Shown: positions 12,280-23,472 of the stretch, in pieces | How positions within the stretch are numbered: position 1 is the first letter of the stretch | Layout: each line of letters starts with the position of its first letter | From: Guillardia theta CCMP2712 | Lineage: Eukaryota > Protista > Cryptophyta | Direction: 5' to 3' | Length of the DNA: 64,000 nt | Assembly (NCBI RefSeq): GCF_000315625.1 | Contig: NW_005434527.1 | Coordinates: forward strand, 37,941 to 101,940 | Made by a program: the position numbers and the translations under genes | The notes under the pieces: generated by a model | What the model saw: the letters and a program-made list of their open reading frames with translations, nothing else | Told to the model about the DNA's origin: nothing | The model's database searches: none

Positions 12280-15200
12280 ATGCGCTCCATGCGACGCCTG
12301 TGGGTGTGGCGGATGCTCATGGCGGCGGTGGCAGGGAGCGTGGCAGGAGGAGACATGGCGCAGGGAAGGCGGCTCCTGGTTCTATACGGTTCTCAGACAG
12401 GAACAGCAGAAGAGATGGCTGTTCATGGGTCATCCAGGCTTGCGCTTGCTGGTGCAGCTCCAATATGCAAGAGCTTGAGTGAATGCTCGCTTCAAAGTTT
12501 GCAGCAGGCAGAAGCTGCTGTCTTTGTCGTGTCAACTACCGGAGATGGTGAGGCTCCGTTGACCATGAGACGGTTTTGGATGACCTTGCGAAAGCGGGAC
12601 CTTGACCAAGCGTGCCTTGCAAATCTCAGTTATGCTGTGTACGGTTGTGGAGATTCCTCATACCCCAAGTTTAACGCGGTAGCCAGAAGACTTGATATTC
12701 GCCTCCAAGCTCTGGGTGCCAAGCGATTGTGTGATGTAGTGTTGGGTGATGAGCAATCCCCCTTGGGTGTCGCGCAAGGTCATGGCATGTGCTGTTCTCA
12801 AATTTGTTTTGAAACTTTTCTTAACAGGACTATCTGAATGGACGGATCGAATCGCTTCGAAGCTGAAGCTCCTCCATTCTGATCATATGGACAAATACCT
12901 GCACACTCATCAGGCTATGAAATATTTTCTTGGCAGCAGAGATGGAGCATCTGTAAAGCGCAAACCCATGGATTTTTCAGATTATGTGAGTAATTCATGG
13001 ATGAAGTATAAGTTTTGAAATAGGCACAGGAAGAAACTGTCCATTCGCTTTCTTTGTGCTCACAAATCGTTCTCTTTGCCAATGGCAACCCACTCTCCAA
13101 ACAAATGTGCAGTGGAACAAAGAACGGTGAAATTTCTGTCCGCTTGCGTTGACGGTCTGAGCAAGTTCCAGCATTTTCTTTGCTGCGACTGGCAGGATTG
13201 AGTTTTTCCTATTTTGATACGTCTCTCGATCAGGAGATCAGAGAGAGTTTGACCAGACGCTTTCAAGTGAATCCGCCGTTTGTGTGCGGAAATGGATCTA
13301 TCCTTGTCAGCAGAGACGAGCTGAGAGCATTGGAAGAGAACATAACACTTGGAGAGCTATCCTTACAGAGGTTGATGTGCTTCCAAGAACCAGGAGATAG
13401 ATATGAGAGGTCACTGAATGATGACCTGAGGGCTGGAGATTGTGGAGAGAACAGAACTCAACACATGTGGGACTCTGAATCGATTTCGAACCATATACCA
13501 GGCATCAGAGAATCTATCTTGAAAGGTCTTTTGAAAGGAATTTTACACTACATCTGATGCTCTTTGATTCTTTTCCCGGCTTCCAGCGACTGTCAAATTT
13601 GTCAGCACGCTTACAAAAGGAAGGGATTTCGATGTCAACGACGTTAGACACGTTGAACTGAAACTCCCAAATGGTCCGTTCGATCAGTGCCAGATCTTAT
13701 TCTAACAACAATGGAAGAATACAGGTACAAAGCTGGAAATGTTGCGCTTATCATGCCAAGGAATCGGCCATGTTGCACTGAACGCTTCTTACGTTTGCTC
13801 CGCCTGAATGGTGTCTGAAGGCTCACGCGAATTGGATGCTGAACTTGCAGCAGGCAACACAATCATTGATAGCATCAATGTATCCAACTCTTCCTTTGAT
13901 TTCTTGCTCAACCGCTTGAATTTCCGTCTTCCTTGTACAGTGCGAGAAATCGTTTCTTCACAGCTTGTAGCCTTTATCTCCTTTGTTCACAAGCACTAAG
14001 TTCCTGAAGGATCTTGAGGGGCGGCCGCAGCCCTATCTCCTGCATCTACTGTCCTATTTTGCTGATGACGCCGAAGAGGCCGAAAGACTCGCTTACTTTG
14101 CTAGCACGGTCAGCCAACACCTTGTGTTATCTTCAAGATTCTAATGTGAAGCAGGAAGGCGTGGAAGACAGAATCGAATACTGTGAAAAGACGAAAAGGA
14201 CTATCCTCAATGTTCTTGAAGATTTCCCTTCTCTCTGTAAAGCGGGTACTTCCTTAAGATTTCCCCATGGGACTGCCATAGTGCTGCCATAACGGTACGT
14301 CAGATTTCAGTCATCTTCTTGCAATACTTCCCCGGCTTCAACCGCGAGCGTATTCGATTGCATCTTCGCCATTAGCTCACAGGCAAGCACAGCATTTTTT
14401 GAGATCTCACTCATTGTTTTGTTAATCAGTCAAGAGCTACATTTCTGTATTGTTGTTGTCGAGTATCGATCACCTCTTGGACGGAGTCTGAAGAAGGGTG
14501 TGTGCTCAAGCTACGTGTCTGGTCTGGTACATGTAGTCACATACATTCACTGACAGATGATCTGATCCCATCTTGTCAGGAGCGATTTGACTGTCTCCCT
14601 GCTGCCATCTTTCCTGATTTTGGTTGCGGCCTGGCGTTCAATTTCTTCAAACCAGCAATTGTGATTGCTGCTGGATCTGGGATCGCACCGTGAGTCTGCA
14701 GCAGAGGAAGCATTCAGAGGAGACTTGAATGTTGACACAAGCCTGTTGACAGCTTCAGGGGAATCTTGTGGGAGCGGAAGATGATGAAAGAACAGAGCCT
14801 TCCCGTTTGCTCTGTGCTCGCCATTGTTGGCTTTCGCTACAGGTGAATGCTTTTTTAGGATCGAGCCACTGATGCATTGCCTTGCAGAAAGGCAGATTAC
14901 ATGTACGAAAAAGATTGGGAAGAGCTCTTCAGCAATGACCATGATGCCGTGCTGAAGCTTGCGTATACTGTTTCCCAGCCGCGGAAGTTTACTAATATAT
15001 TTCACAGATTCTCTCGCGACGGGAAGCAAAAGGAGTATGTCCAACACAAGATTGCTCTGTTCTCAGATGAAATCTGGGACGCTCTGACGTCGTTTCTCGA
15101 TTTTGTCAGCCTTGAGCTCAGATCATCGCAGGCGGGGAGCTGTTATTTACGTCGCAGGATCTGCTGGGGCTATGCCAAGAGCTGTCGAGGAAGCTTTCAT

Positions 15201-15340
15201 CAAGGCATCAGGCGAGCAGAGCACCTCGTGGTGGTTAAAAGTGCTAGCAGGTGGCGGCCGAGCGGATACGAGACCCGCGCAGCCTGGAGCAGTGGACACA
15301 TGAACTCAAGACCAAGCGACTGAGGGTTGAGAGCTGGTAG
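12280..15340 (+). CDS. NDOR1: NADPH-dependent diflavin oxidoreductase 1 (Tah18/NDOR1), multi-exon
   Basis: LVLYGSQTGTAE, VSTTGDGEAP..MRRFW, GCGDSSYPKFN, LQPRAYSIASSP, GVCSSY, AAGSGIAPFRG, FSRD..KEYVQH, IYVAGSAGAMP, C-terminal RVESW*. Confidence 0.92.
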
Positions 15341-16452
15341 CTGAGTTACGGCATCCGATCATATCATACCGCATGTTAGTGAATCGAAACTTGTGATAGC
15401 CTAGTAGCACGACTACCCGCCGGGCCCCGTCACGGTTTGAGTAACGTGCCAGGCAAAAAAACTCAGTGGTGCCATGATCGGGCAGCCGCTGAGCGGTGAA
15501 GCACTGCCCGGCGGGCTCAGTACGGCCGGGCCCTGGCGACCCAGTATGCCGCATGATGCTTTGCCAAGTTGAGTAAAGGAAGATGCGGGGACTCCGGGAG
15601 TGACTATCGGCCCGATCGGTGACTCAGGCCCGACACTGACTTGACCGCCGACGGTGTGTCAGCGGCTGGGTGCGACCAGACAGCGACCTCCGAGCCCCAG
15701 TCAAACATGCCTTACCTACCTCGCAGATTTCCTATCTGAGCTAATATGTAATTTCCTACAGGTGGGTAGTATTCACCTTCGGGAGCACCCCATTGGAGTT
15801 TACCATCACCTCAGGGGGTGCTCGGGCAGTTGTGAAGCGATATTCTATGCCCGCCTCAGGAGCTGTGCCGCGTGCGTCAAATATGTGGCCCTTCCAGAAG
15901 ATGGCGAGGAGAGGCGACAGCTATGGTGGGGAAGGGGTTGACAATGATAGTGATCGTGAGCACAAGAACAGTAAGATATGAAATCAAAGATCTTGGTGAA
16001 GAGGGTCGAACTGGAGTTGAAGGACCCAGGCTTTTTGCTATTGAAAACTTGACAGCGTTACAACTAGTCCATATCCATCAGTCCGCTGTATTGCTGTGTA
16101 TTCACCTAATTGACGAAAGGACCATAGGTTGAAATAACTCATTTTATGAAAGATTATGCGTGATCATGGCGTTTTGTGACTTTATCAAGGAATCCTTCAG
16201 ACGCGTAATTTTAAAACGCTGGCTACTGAACACTTGCTGCAACTTAACTTGACAGCGATGTGTCTGAAGAGTTAGGGAATATATCTGCATTCTTTTCCAT
16301 GTCTGACCATTTATATTGAAATGAAGCACAATTAGTGGTGATTTTTGTTGAAAACGCATATTCTTGTTTCTGCACAAACAATTTTGACCAGTTTGGTAGG
16401 AATTGCGTGTGGCACAGATTGGATTTCATCTTCAACTACTTCGATTTATAAA

Positions 16453-17038
16453 ATGGCAGTATCTAGCAGGATACAAAAGGTATGTTGATTCTGATTCTTC
16501 AACTTGAGGATTTATTGAACGACGATGAATTTCCAGGAAACTCAACGCATGCTTCAGAAGCCAGATCCAGGAATTAGCGCCACTCCCCATGAAGATAACT
16601 TGAGATATTTCAATGTTATCATCGCAGGACCGCAAGACTCTGCTTATGATGGTGCGATTTGTGTTGTAATATTAATGATTGATCATTTCTCCCATCTTTA
16701 TCGACAATCAAAATGTAACGGCTGAATCAGGTGGAGTTTACAAATTAGAGCTCTTCTTGCCGGAGGAATATCCAATGACTCCTCCGAAAGTGAGATTTCT
16801 CACAAAGATTTATCATCCCAATGTAGACCGTCTGGGAAGGATCTGCCTTGATATCCTCAAGGATAAGTGGAGCCCTGCTTTGCAGATCCGAACGGTTCTT
16901 ATCAGCATTCAAGCACTTATGTCAGCTCCGAACCCAGATGATCCTCTCAACAACGAGGCCGCAGAACATTGGAAACGCAATGAAAAAGAAGCTCTTGATA
17001 TGGCAAAATCTTGGAATCGGCAGTATGCCATGAACTGA
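16453..17038 (+). CDS. UBC13: ubiquitin-conjugating enzyme E2 N (2 introns)
   Basis: RIQKETQRM...[17 protein letters not shown]...[11 protein letters not shown]...[31 protein letters not shown]. Confidence 0.96.
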
Positions 17039-17212
17039 TTTGCCTTTTTGACACAACCTCAAGGAATACAACTACAACAGGCTGGAATGATTTGCATGTT
17101 GGGTTCAGTCTCCTAGTTTTGTGAGTGCGATTCAAGCAAGATACCTGGTTCGGAGCTTTAGATTTTTTTTATCGATATTGGCTTAAATATGATTTTGAGA
17201 TGTTGGCTGATA

Positions 17213-18437
17213 TCAACCACAAGAAATGCGTTGTGCGTTAACTTTCTTCATGATTACGACCTTGAGACCACTGTCGAAATCTTCGGATAAGTCCTTGGAC
17301 CTGCTGCTACATTAGAACATCCAACCACCCTTCTTGAAAATTGCACATTGCAAGGCCACAAGAAGATGAAGACGCGAGTTGCTGAATCTCGTCCAGCGAG
17401 TGATTGCAGGTTTTCAGTAGAAGGAAGCCTCCAGGTTCTAGTAGTGCAGCAATGTTACGAAAGTATCCGATCGCTCCTGAACTGCATCCAGTCATTATCA
17501 CACAAATGTTTGTCACGAAAAAATACGATTCTAATCCTGTTTCATCTTGAGAATCTGAGCGCTGTCCATGTAAGCCTCCTAATGTTCCTCGAGCCCCTCG
17601 ATCAGGAACAGTCATGGCAATGCTATCAAGAGTTCCTTTGCAAATGACAAGTAACTCAAACAAACAGTGAGATCACCTCAAACTTACCACTGTCATGGAT
17701 TAGACGGAAGCTTTCTTTCTCCAAACTTGTGTTCAAAACATCATCACATACGTACCTTACCAATCAAAAGCTCATGATTTGTTCACGTGAGTAAAAGTCC
17801 TTTCAGCAAATCTTACCGTGTTCCCCAGGATTGTAAATCAGATTTTTGTTTCCTAAAGTACGACTGTACCTCATTCGCAAGATTTATCGCCTCCATGGAA
17901 TAGTCCAACCCAACGATATTTGTGAATCCCAGTGCATGCAGGACTTCGCAAAAGAAACCGTTTCCACACCCAACATCCAAAATAGCTGCATCATGTCTTA
18001 TGTTGAGATCAGCTCCTTGAATGACGTTTGCTGTGTATACCATGTTCATTTTCCCGAACCATACAAACAACTTTTCCATCGGATCAGGGTTCCCATCGGC
18101 CATAGCCTGTGAAAGCTCGTTTAACTCCTTAATGTACGTGTTGCTCCAGTAGGCATGATGCTCATTGCCAAGCATGGAGACCAACATTGCAACTTCTTCC
18201 GGTATTTCCTCGAGGTGATCCTGCAACCTTTGATCATGCCAATACAATGACAACGGAGATAAAATTCTTTCTATCTTCTTCTATTGTTCTCGGTTCATAT
18301 CCTGCATCTTCTATTGTTTTCGGTTCATATCCTGCATCTTCTATTGTTTTCGGTTCATATCCTGCATGTTTCTCATGTTCCTAGGCCTCCTTCTACTTTC
18401 GTGTGCAGGGATAGAGACCTACCGAGTCGGCCGCCAT
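17213..18437 (-). CDS. class I SAM-dependent protein-lysine methyltransferase, EFM4/EEF1AKMT2-like, multi-exon
   Basis: YWSNTYIKEL, WFG, ILDVGCGNG, GFTNIVGLDYS.EAI.LA, GTLDSI, LLEPGGFLLLKTCN; start MAADS at 18437 inferred from splice sites. Confidence 0.8.
18276..18366. repeat. 30-bp tandem repeat x3 (encodes AGYEPKTIED on minus strand)
   Basis: tcttctattgttttcggttcatatcctgca repeated three times with one substitution. Confidence 0.9.
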
Positions 18438-18479
18438 TATGGTTTGATCACATGTATCCTTCAGGATAATGCTCTACTG

Positions 18480-19100
18480 GCTGAGTTCAGTTAAAACTTA
18501 AAACTTTGAGTAAACTGGCGACGCCACTCAGTGCCAGCCTGGCCGCGCCGCGCCGGAGCATCTTGTAGTACCGGCCCGCGGTAGTACCGTACCCGGCGGC
18601 CGCCGGGCTGGGCCCGTGGGCGGGGGCTCACGGCAAGATCATTCTGTCACGTTATGGCATACTTCTAAGTCCGCCGGCCCCACTGACCCTTCGAGATCGA
18701 GGCTTTCTTTACTTTAACGCCGGTCCGACAATGTGACAGCGGCTAATCATGGCATGCAAAGTCACAAGTTAAGTTAATGAAATCCGAGTACGTGGACAAT
18801 CAGGAGAGAGAAGAGAGAACATTTCCGAGCCTGCCCCTAAGTTCCGACCGGCGCGAGACTCCGGGAGTCCCGGAGTCCTGCCAGAACCGTGAGCCTCAAC
18901 GGGCCTCCGATAACCGTTGAACACGGCCGCGGGCGCAACCCCCGTCCGATCGGATCATTATTGCCCAGCTGGCAGTGCCAAGCAGCGAAGGACCGTGACC
19001 CGGTGGTACGGTACAGGGCCGGGCCGGAGTTCGGCGAGGCTACGCCCGGCCGAGTCACAGGCTAGGCTAACCGGCGGGCCCGTCCTACCTCCCGTGACCC
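18480..19100. other. GC/CpG-rich intergenic island with dispersed AACTTAA(A)CTTTGAGTAAA-type motif
   Basis: ccgg/gtac/cagt-rich non-coding DNA between divergent genes; motif copies near 18491 and 18766. Confidence 0.65.
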
Positions 19101-19605
19101 TCCATGTTCACGGTTCTACAGTAGAATAAGAAGATCGACACAACAACAGTAATTTACTTAACTATATTCTGATAGATGTTTTGCTCGACATTGTTTTCTG
19201 TAGTTGTTTCCATCCGGGTAGGGTGAAATGAGTGGGGGTGGTTTTCAATATAACAATTGGGGTACTTATGGTCGGTCCGGTAGTACTGGAGTCACAGGGG
19301 TAGGGTGTATTGTTTCTTGCAATCCATCCGTGACGATGCACTTTGTGCTGTCGCGGCTAGTGGCTAGGGAACGTTGGGAGGATAAGAGGGAGAGGGAGAG
19401 GTAGAGTAGAGGTGAAGAAATGCTATGTGCAAGACAGTTCACAGGCGATAGAAGTTCAATGTCGACGATGTGACCATTTGAAACAATACTACCTGCTCTT
19501 GCATTCGACATGATTGTGTAAACTTGCGTTTTGTTTGTCTCATGCATTCTGCTGTCAACCGTTTTTGTAGCTGACGTCTTTTGGCAGGGTAAACCTAATC
19601 TCCCC

Positions 19606-21931
19606 ATGAGAAAAATTAAGAAGAATATCTCTGGTGCCGTGGCTAGTGTAGGTAAGCTATATGCGACTTATCAACTTGATATTTCGATTTGTTGACAGTT
19701 GTGTCGTAGGCAAGAAAGTCATACCATCAGCAGTGAACAAAGTCTGCAATGTAGAGAGCATAGACAACGATACTACTCGCTTTGAATGGATTGTTGGCTC
19801 CCTCTCAAGATTTACCTTGGGCGATAAAATCACCAGCTCTTCTGTATCGGCTGGAGGTTCAAAATGGGTGTTGGACTTTTATCCGAAGGGATATGTGATG
19901 CCAGAGCATGCTTCTCTATACTTGAACGTCGCAAATCCTGAAAACCTCGCAGCTGATTGGAGTTGTCATGTTACTTTCACTCTTTCTGTGCTTAATCCTG
20001 CGACCAAAGAGCCCATAGAAAAGTCAACGTTTTCAAAGCTGTTCACGAAGGAAGTTCATAGCTGGGGCAAAAACAATTTTGTATCAATAAGGGGGATTCA
20101 AGCTGGTCAGTATACTGTCAACGATACTATTCTCATCGGAGCAGAGATATCAAGTGTAAAGGAGATTGCTCATGATATTGAGGATTGGGGACTTATGTCA
20201 GACGGTCGCCATCGTTTTGTTTGGAAAGTGCAGAACTACAAGTCTACATTTTCTAGATTGAAAACGGGACAAAAGATTTCAAGTGCCTCCTTTGTTACCG
20301 GAGAACTACCGTGGTTTCTTGATTTGTATCCCAATGGTTACAAGAATCCCAACTACATCGCAGTCTATCTGCACTCGGGATCCAATAGTAAGGAAGCTCG
20401 AGCTGCACGGGTGCCGTTCTCACTTCTGGTTTTTGATAACCATTCCCAACAATTTCAGCTCTGTGCTAATTTGTGTCAAACGTTTGACCGGAGTGCACGA
20501 TGCTGGGGTAAGCATAGCCTCAAACGAAAAGCAGATGTGATGTCAGGTGATAAGAGGTATATCGATAACAACATGCTTGTATTGGCGGTTGACATTGCTA
20601 TGATGAAAGAAAATTTTGCGCAAGCAAAGAGATATCTGTGGGTGCCTATTGCCAGCGCCAGCCGTTGTAGAGGATGCCAAAAAAGTCTCTTCTTCAATGC
20701 ACAGAAAGTTCAATGTCATTACACTGGAGAAGTTTTCTGTGGAAAATGCTGCAAGACTAAAATCAAATTGCCTGAGCTCGGATACAAGACTGAAGTCACG
20801 GTGTGCGACCGTGCAATTGCAGAAAGGCATCTTGCAAAGAGTTTTAAGCAACTATCTGCGAATCCCCTCAACTTCCACCCTGCTCTGGTACAATATAAGG
20901 GACCTCGCGATGGCTTTGAAGATTTCGAGTGCATGGCATATGGAGTTTTGTGGGAGCCTGAGCCAGCTGTATTTCAATGCAGAGCATGTTTCAAGCCTTT
21001 CGGCTTCTTTCGAAGAAAACACCATTGCAGGTTATTTGATATTTTTCAACGAAAAAACTGCTTTACATTTTTTTTGATAAGGTGTTGTGGAATGATTTTC
21101 TGTTCGGATTGTACTAGTTTCAAAGCTACCTTGCCCGAGCTTGAATTGAACGAACAGGTTTTCGATCATTTTCTGCTTTTTCTGGATCTAAGTATTAATT
21201 TCAATAGGTCAGAATGTGCCAGAATTGTTTCCATGCTCGAAAGGCATCCAACGTTCGACTCGTTCCTGTTACTCCAAAAGCAGAGAAAAAGGTTGCCCTC
21301 ATGACAGAAGATTCTAGCACTTATTTGGTCTTAGGGGATGGCTGCGAGAGCAAAGCGCAAGAGGGAGGCTAAGGATGTTGATGAAGGAGATCTTTCAAAG
21401 CTACGACTGTACTGTCCGTTCCTTGCCAATGCGATCATGAAGGCAGGAAGATTCGGCAAAAAGAAAGACGACAAGAAGAAGCCTCAGAAGGTGATATTGC
21501 TTTATTGAAGGGACTCAAGCATGACAGCGATGGGTTTAGGGAGATGATGACTTCGACAGCGATGATGAAGAAGCTGAGATGTTGAAGAAGAAGAAGGTGA
21601 CACTTTCCCGCCTTTTCTCACGTCTCATGTCCCACTTCGCAGGAGAAAGCGAGAGCGAAGGCGAAGGCGGGTAAGAAAGGAAGCAAAGCCAAGGTAAATC
21701 CACTGCGCTTTTTATCATGAAATAAGTATTTTTCGTCACAGGGGTCATCTGGACCACTGTCTATTGTAGCAAAGGGTATTAGAGATGTTCTGGATTACGA
21801 CCCTAAGAAGGGAGCCAAGGATGAAGGTATTTTTAGCTTGCTTTGTTTTTTGCAAAACTGATATTTCCTATAAAGGCGAAGAAGCTGCTGAGAATGAAGA
21901 TGGAGGGGGAGGGGGAGGAGATTCGGACTGA
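19606..21931 (+). CDS. tandem MATH + tandem FYVE zinc-finger protein, multi-exon
   Basis: Two MATH repeats (FEWIV...KWVLDFYPKG...ASLYL...SWG; FVWKV...WFLDLYPNG...IAVYL...CWG), degenerate FYVE then canonical WEPE..CRAC.KPFGFFRRKHHCRCCG.IFC..C...VRMCQNC; acidic/basic tail; start uncertain. Confidence 0.85.
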
Positions 21932-22185
21932 TTGCTTGTTTGAAAATCCTCTCAGGCATGGTATGACGAAATGTTCGATAAGATGGAAAACAAAATACAG
22001 CAATTCAGATTTTCTTCATCGTTTTACTAGTTTCTACATATCACTACGTTCCTATTGCATGTCGAATCATGCTGAAGCTGTCTTGGTAACCGTTTTCACC
22101 CACTCTACACTATAATACATTGAAAACCAGCGTTTCCGAAGGCATCACACTTCCCAGCGTGGTTACATGTTCTTGCCGCATTGAA

Positions 22186-22751
22186 TCAGAAGTACTTAGT
22201 ACGATTCGTCAGAGGGACCATGGTTCTTCCTTTGTTAGACTCAGCACAACGCCTAAAGGAGCCACAACATGTGATGTCGGAATAGTCCTGCAAGTGTGTC
22301 AATGAATCTGAGATCCAAGCTGGATTGTTCAGACCTTCTCTTTCACTCGCTTCGGCTCAGCATTGTTTTCTGACCACCGGACACGTATTACTGTAACATG
22401 CTCTAGGGAACCATCGACGGTCTCAAGTTCGAGGGTGACTGCGGTTCCTGGCTTACCGTAGATCATCCTATGAACTGAAAATTCATCGCAACCCTACACG
22501 CCATCAACGACAGTTATCATGACATGCTACAACATTACCGTCACTGAATTCCAATCTACAGAGAGGAGCTCATCCCCAACACGAATCTGTCTTGCAGCGT
22601 GCGCAGGCCCCCCGGGTCGAATTCCCGCTACATACCATCCACCACCATCGCCACGTTCTAGTTCAACACCAATGCCGCAGTCTTGCATTGTCGTCTCATC
22701 TTCCCTTTCCAGTTCGGAAGTCGTTTCAGTCTTTGAATACTCAAGACCCAT
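22186..22751 (-). CDS. small single-PDZ-domain protein (2 introns)
   Basis: MGLEYSK...CGIGVEL...WYVAGIRPGGPAHAARQIRVGDELLSVD|..IYGKPGTAVTLEL...TKYF*. Confidence 0.75.
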
Positions 22752-22839
22752 CGCAAGCCCTGGCACAAGCAAAAAATCAAGACTTTCTGAATTGGGAAAA
22801 ACACGATGGCAGGTAAGCAAATGGCTGGCAAACATTTGA

Positions 22840-23435
22840 TAGGATGGAGGATAGGGTAGGGAAGGGTAGGGTAGGAGGTGGAGACACAAGGCAGGTGAGG
22901 ATATGGAAGGAGTAAAGGATAGGATGAGGTGAGGGGATGCAGGTGGGATGAGGAGATGAGGATGGGGAGAGGGGGAGGAGAGGAGGATGATGGGGAGAGG
23001 GGGAGGAGAGGAGAGGGAAAGGAGAGGGCGATAGGAGGAGGATGGGGAGAGTGGTAGGAGAGCAAGAGAGGGGAGGTAAGAGGAGGAGGAGGAAGGGAAG
23101 AGTGGTAGGAAAGCAGGAGATGAGGAAGAGGAAGAGGAANNNNNNNNNNNNNNNNNNNNNNNNNNNNNNNNNNNNNNNNNNNNNNNNNNNNNNNNNNNNN
23201 NNNNNNNNNNNNNNNNNNNNNNNNNNNNNNNNNNNNNNNGGAGGAGGGGGAGAGTGGTAGGAGAGGAGGAGAGGAGGAGGGGTGGGGTTGGGAGAGGGGC
23301 GATAGAGGGGGGGAAGGGAAGAGGAGGAGGAGGGGGAGAGTGGTATTTAGAGAGGATGAGAGGGGGAGGGGAGAGTGTAGGAGAGAAGAAGGTGAGGGCG
23401 ATAGAGGGGGGATAAGAGGAGGAGGAGACGATGAT
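22840..23435. repeat. purine-rich (GGA/GAG) low-complexity tract containing assembly gap (N 23140-23239)
   Basis: near-pure G/A sequence flanking N run. Confidence 0.9.
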
Positions 23436-23472
23436 GGATGTGGGAGATGCGCAGAGGATTGTGAGGGTGCGC

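Noticed and set aside
15700-16130. Possible small minus-strand gene (WKGHIFDARGTAPEAGIEYRF...)
   Set aside because: No recognisable domain and no consistent exon chain could be built
18223-18277. Possible GA-AG intron in the methyltransferase
   Set aside because: A canonical in-frame 34-nt GT-AG intron explains it without a non-canonical donor
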